Origin: Leucoraja erinacea
Lineage: Eukaryota
Direction: 5' to 3'
Length of the DNA stretch: 64,000 bases
NCBI RefSeq assembly: GCF_028641065.1
Contig: NC_073389.1
Span: 5,518,001-5,582,000, forward strand
Shown here: positions 62,767 to 64,000 of the stretch, piece by piece
How positions within the stretch are numbered: the stretch's first letter is position 1
Layout of the letters: every line of letters begins with the position of its first letter
Made by a program: the position numbers and the translations under genes
Notes under the pieces: generated by a model
What the model saw: only the letters and a program-made list of their open reading frames with translations
The model's database searches: none
Told to the model about the DNA's origin: nothing

Positions 62767-63505
62767 ACCATATAACCATATAACCATATAACCATATAAC
62801 AATTACAGCACGGAAACAGGCCATCTCGGCCCTACAAGTCCGTGCCGAACAACTTTTTTTCCCCTTAGTCCCACCTGCCTGCACTCGTACCATAACCCTC
62901 CATTCCCTTCTCATCCATATGCCTATCCAATTTATTTTTAAATGATACCAATGAACCTGCCTCCACCACTTCCACTGGAAGCTCATTCCACACCGCCACC
63001 ACTCTCTGAGTAAAGAAGTTCCCCCTCATGTTACCCCTAAACTTCTGTCCCTTAATTCTGAAGTCATGTCCTCTTGTTTGAATCTTCTCTATTCTCAAAG
63101 GGAAAAGCTTGTCCACATCAACTCTGTCTATCCCTCTCATCATTTTAAAGACCTCTATCAAGTCCCCCCTTAACCTTCTGCGCTCCAGAGAATAAAGCCC
63201 TAACTTATTCAACCTATCTCTGTAACGTAGTTGTTGAAACCCAGGCAACATTCTAGTAAATCTCCTCTGTACTCTCTCTATTTTGTTGACATCCTTCCTA
63301 TAATTGGGCGACCAAAATTGTACACCGTACTCCAGATTTGGTCTCACCAATGCCTTGTACAATTTTAACATTACATCCCAGCTTCTATACTCAATGCTCT
63401 GATTTATAAAGGCTAGCATACCAAAAGCTTTCTTTACCACCCTATCTACATGAGATTCCACCTTCAAGGAACTATGCACGGTTATACCCAGATCCCTCTG
63501 TTCTA
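62767..63505 (-). mobile_element. Young CR1 3' fragment
   Basis: Uninterrupted 204-aa ORF 62865..63479 and (ATATGGTT)n tail. Confidence 0.95.
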
Positions 63506-63792
63506 CTGTTTAGTTGAGTTTACCTAAACTAAACTAAACGAAACCAATTTGTGACAGGCACAAAATGCTGGAGTAACTCAGCGGGTCAGACAGCATCTCT
63601 GGCGAAAAGGAATAGGTGGCGTTTCAGGTCCAGACCCTTCTTCAGCAGATTTGTGGCTGTTTTCAATATGTTTTTCATAATATTCTACTTCATCCATGGG
63701 CTTGTTGATTCTGCTGTTAAAATGAGAACCACCCCTCTTGCCCCGAACATTCCCTCACTCACTGCTGCCAAGATTCTTCCCCGGGGCTGGGC

Positions 63793-63861
63793 AAGAGTCA
63801 AGAGAGTCAAGAGTCAAGAGTCAAGAGTCAAGAGTCAAGAGTCAAGAGAGTCAAGAGTCAA
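63793..63861. repeat. (AGAGTCA)n heptamer tandem repeat
   Basis: Direct reading. Confidence 0.9.
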
Positions 63862-64000
63862 GGGCACACGGTGTTCACAAGTTCATAAGTTCTAGGAACA
63901 GAGTTAGGCCATTCGGCCCATCCAGTCTACTCCACCATTCAAGCACGGCTGATCTATCTTTCCCTCTCAACCCCATTCTCCTGCCTTTCCCCCATAACCC

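Overview
Repeat-rich vertebrate genomic DNA with four N gaps. It is most likely a cartilaginous fish (skate/ray), inferred from its HE1/V-type SINEs and its CR1, Rex1/Babar, L1/Tx1 and Penelope elements. Most ORFs in the supplied track are retroelement debris. Three spliced host genes can be rebuilt by hand. (1) A + strand B7-family gene, leader-IgV-IgC-IgV-TM, that looks like HHLA2/B7-H7 (21910-32516); its TM exon is out of frame with its best splice acceptor. (2) A convergent - strand CIP2A (KIAA1524) remnant of only the last six coding exons (34130-43581), broken by an L1 insertion, a hAT-like insertion, an out-of-frame deletion and a 1-nt frameshift. (3) A - strand non-rearranging receptor, leader-IgV(J-like)-IgC1-TM(Arg)-cytoplasmic (61091 to about 50600), whose V domain has CD28/CD28H(TMIGD2) hallmarks. 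A candidate receptor therefore sits about 18-30 kb from its candidate B7 ligand. Non-coding highlights are two copies of a 104-136 bp TSD-flanked retroposon that begins at nucleotide +1 of a minimal CPEB3/HDV-like ribozyme, and minimal hammerhead cores in Penelope-derived repeats. Human protein and ribozyme comparisons are from memory and need alignment confirmation. TE boundaries are approximate unless a TSD is quoted.
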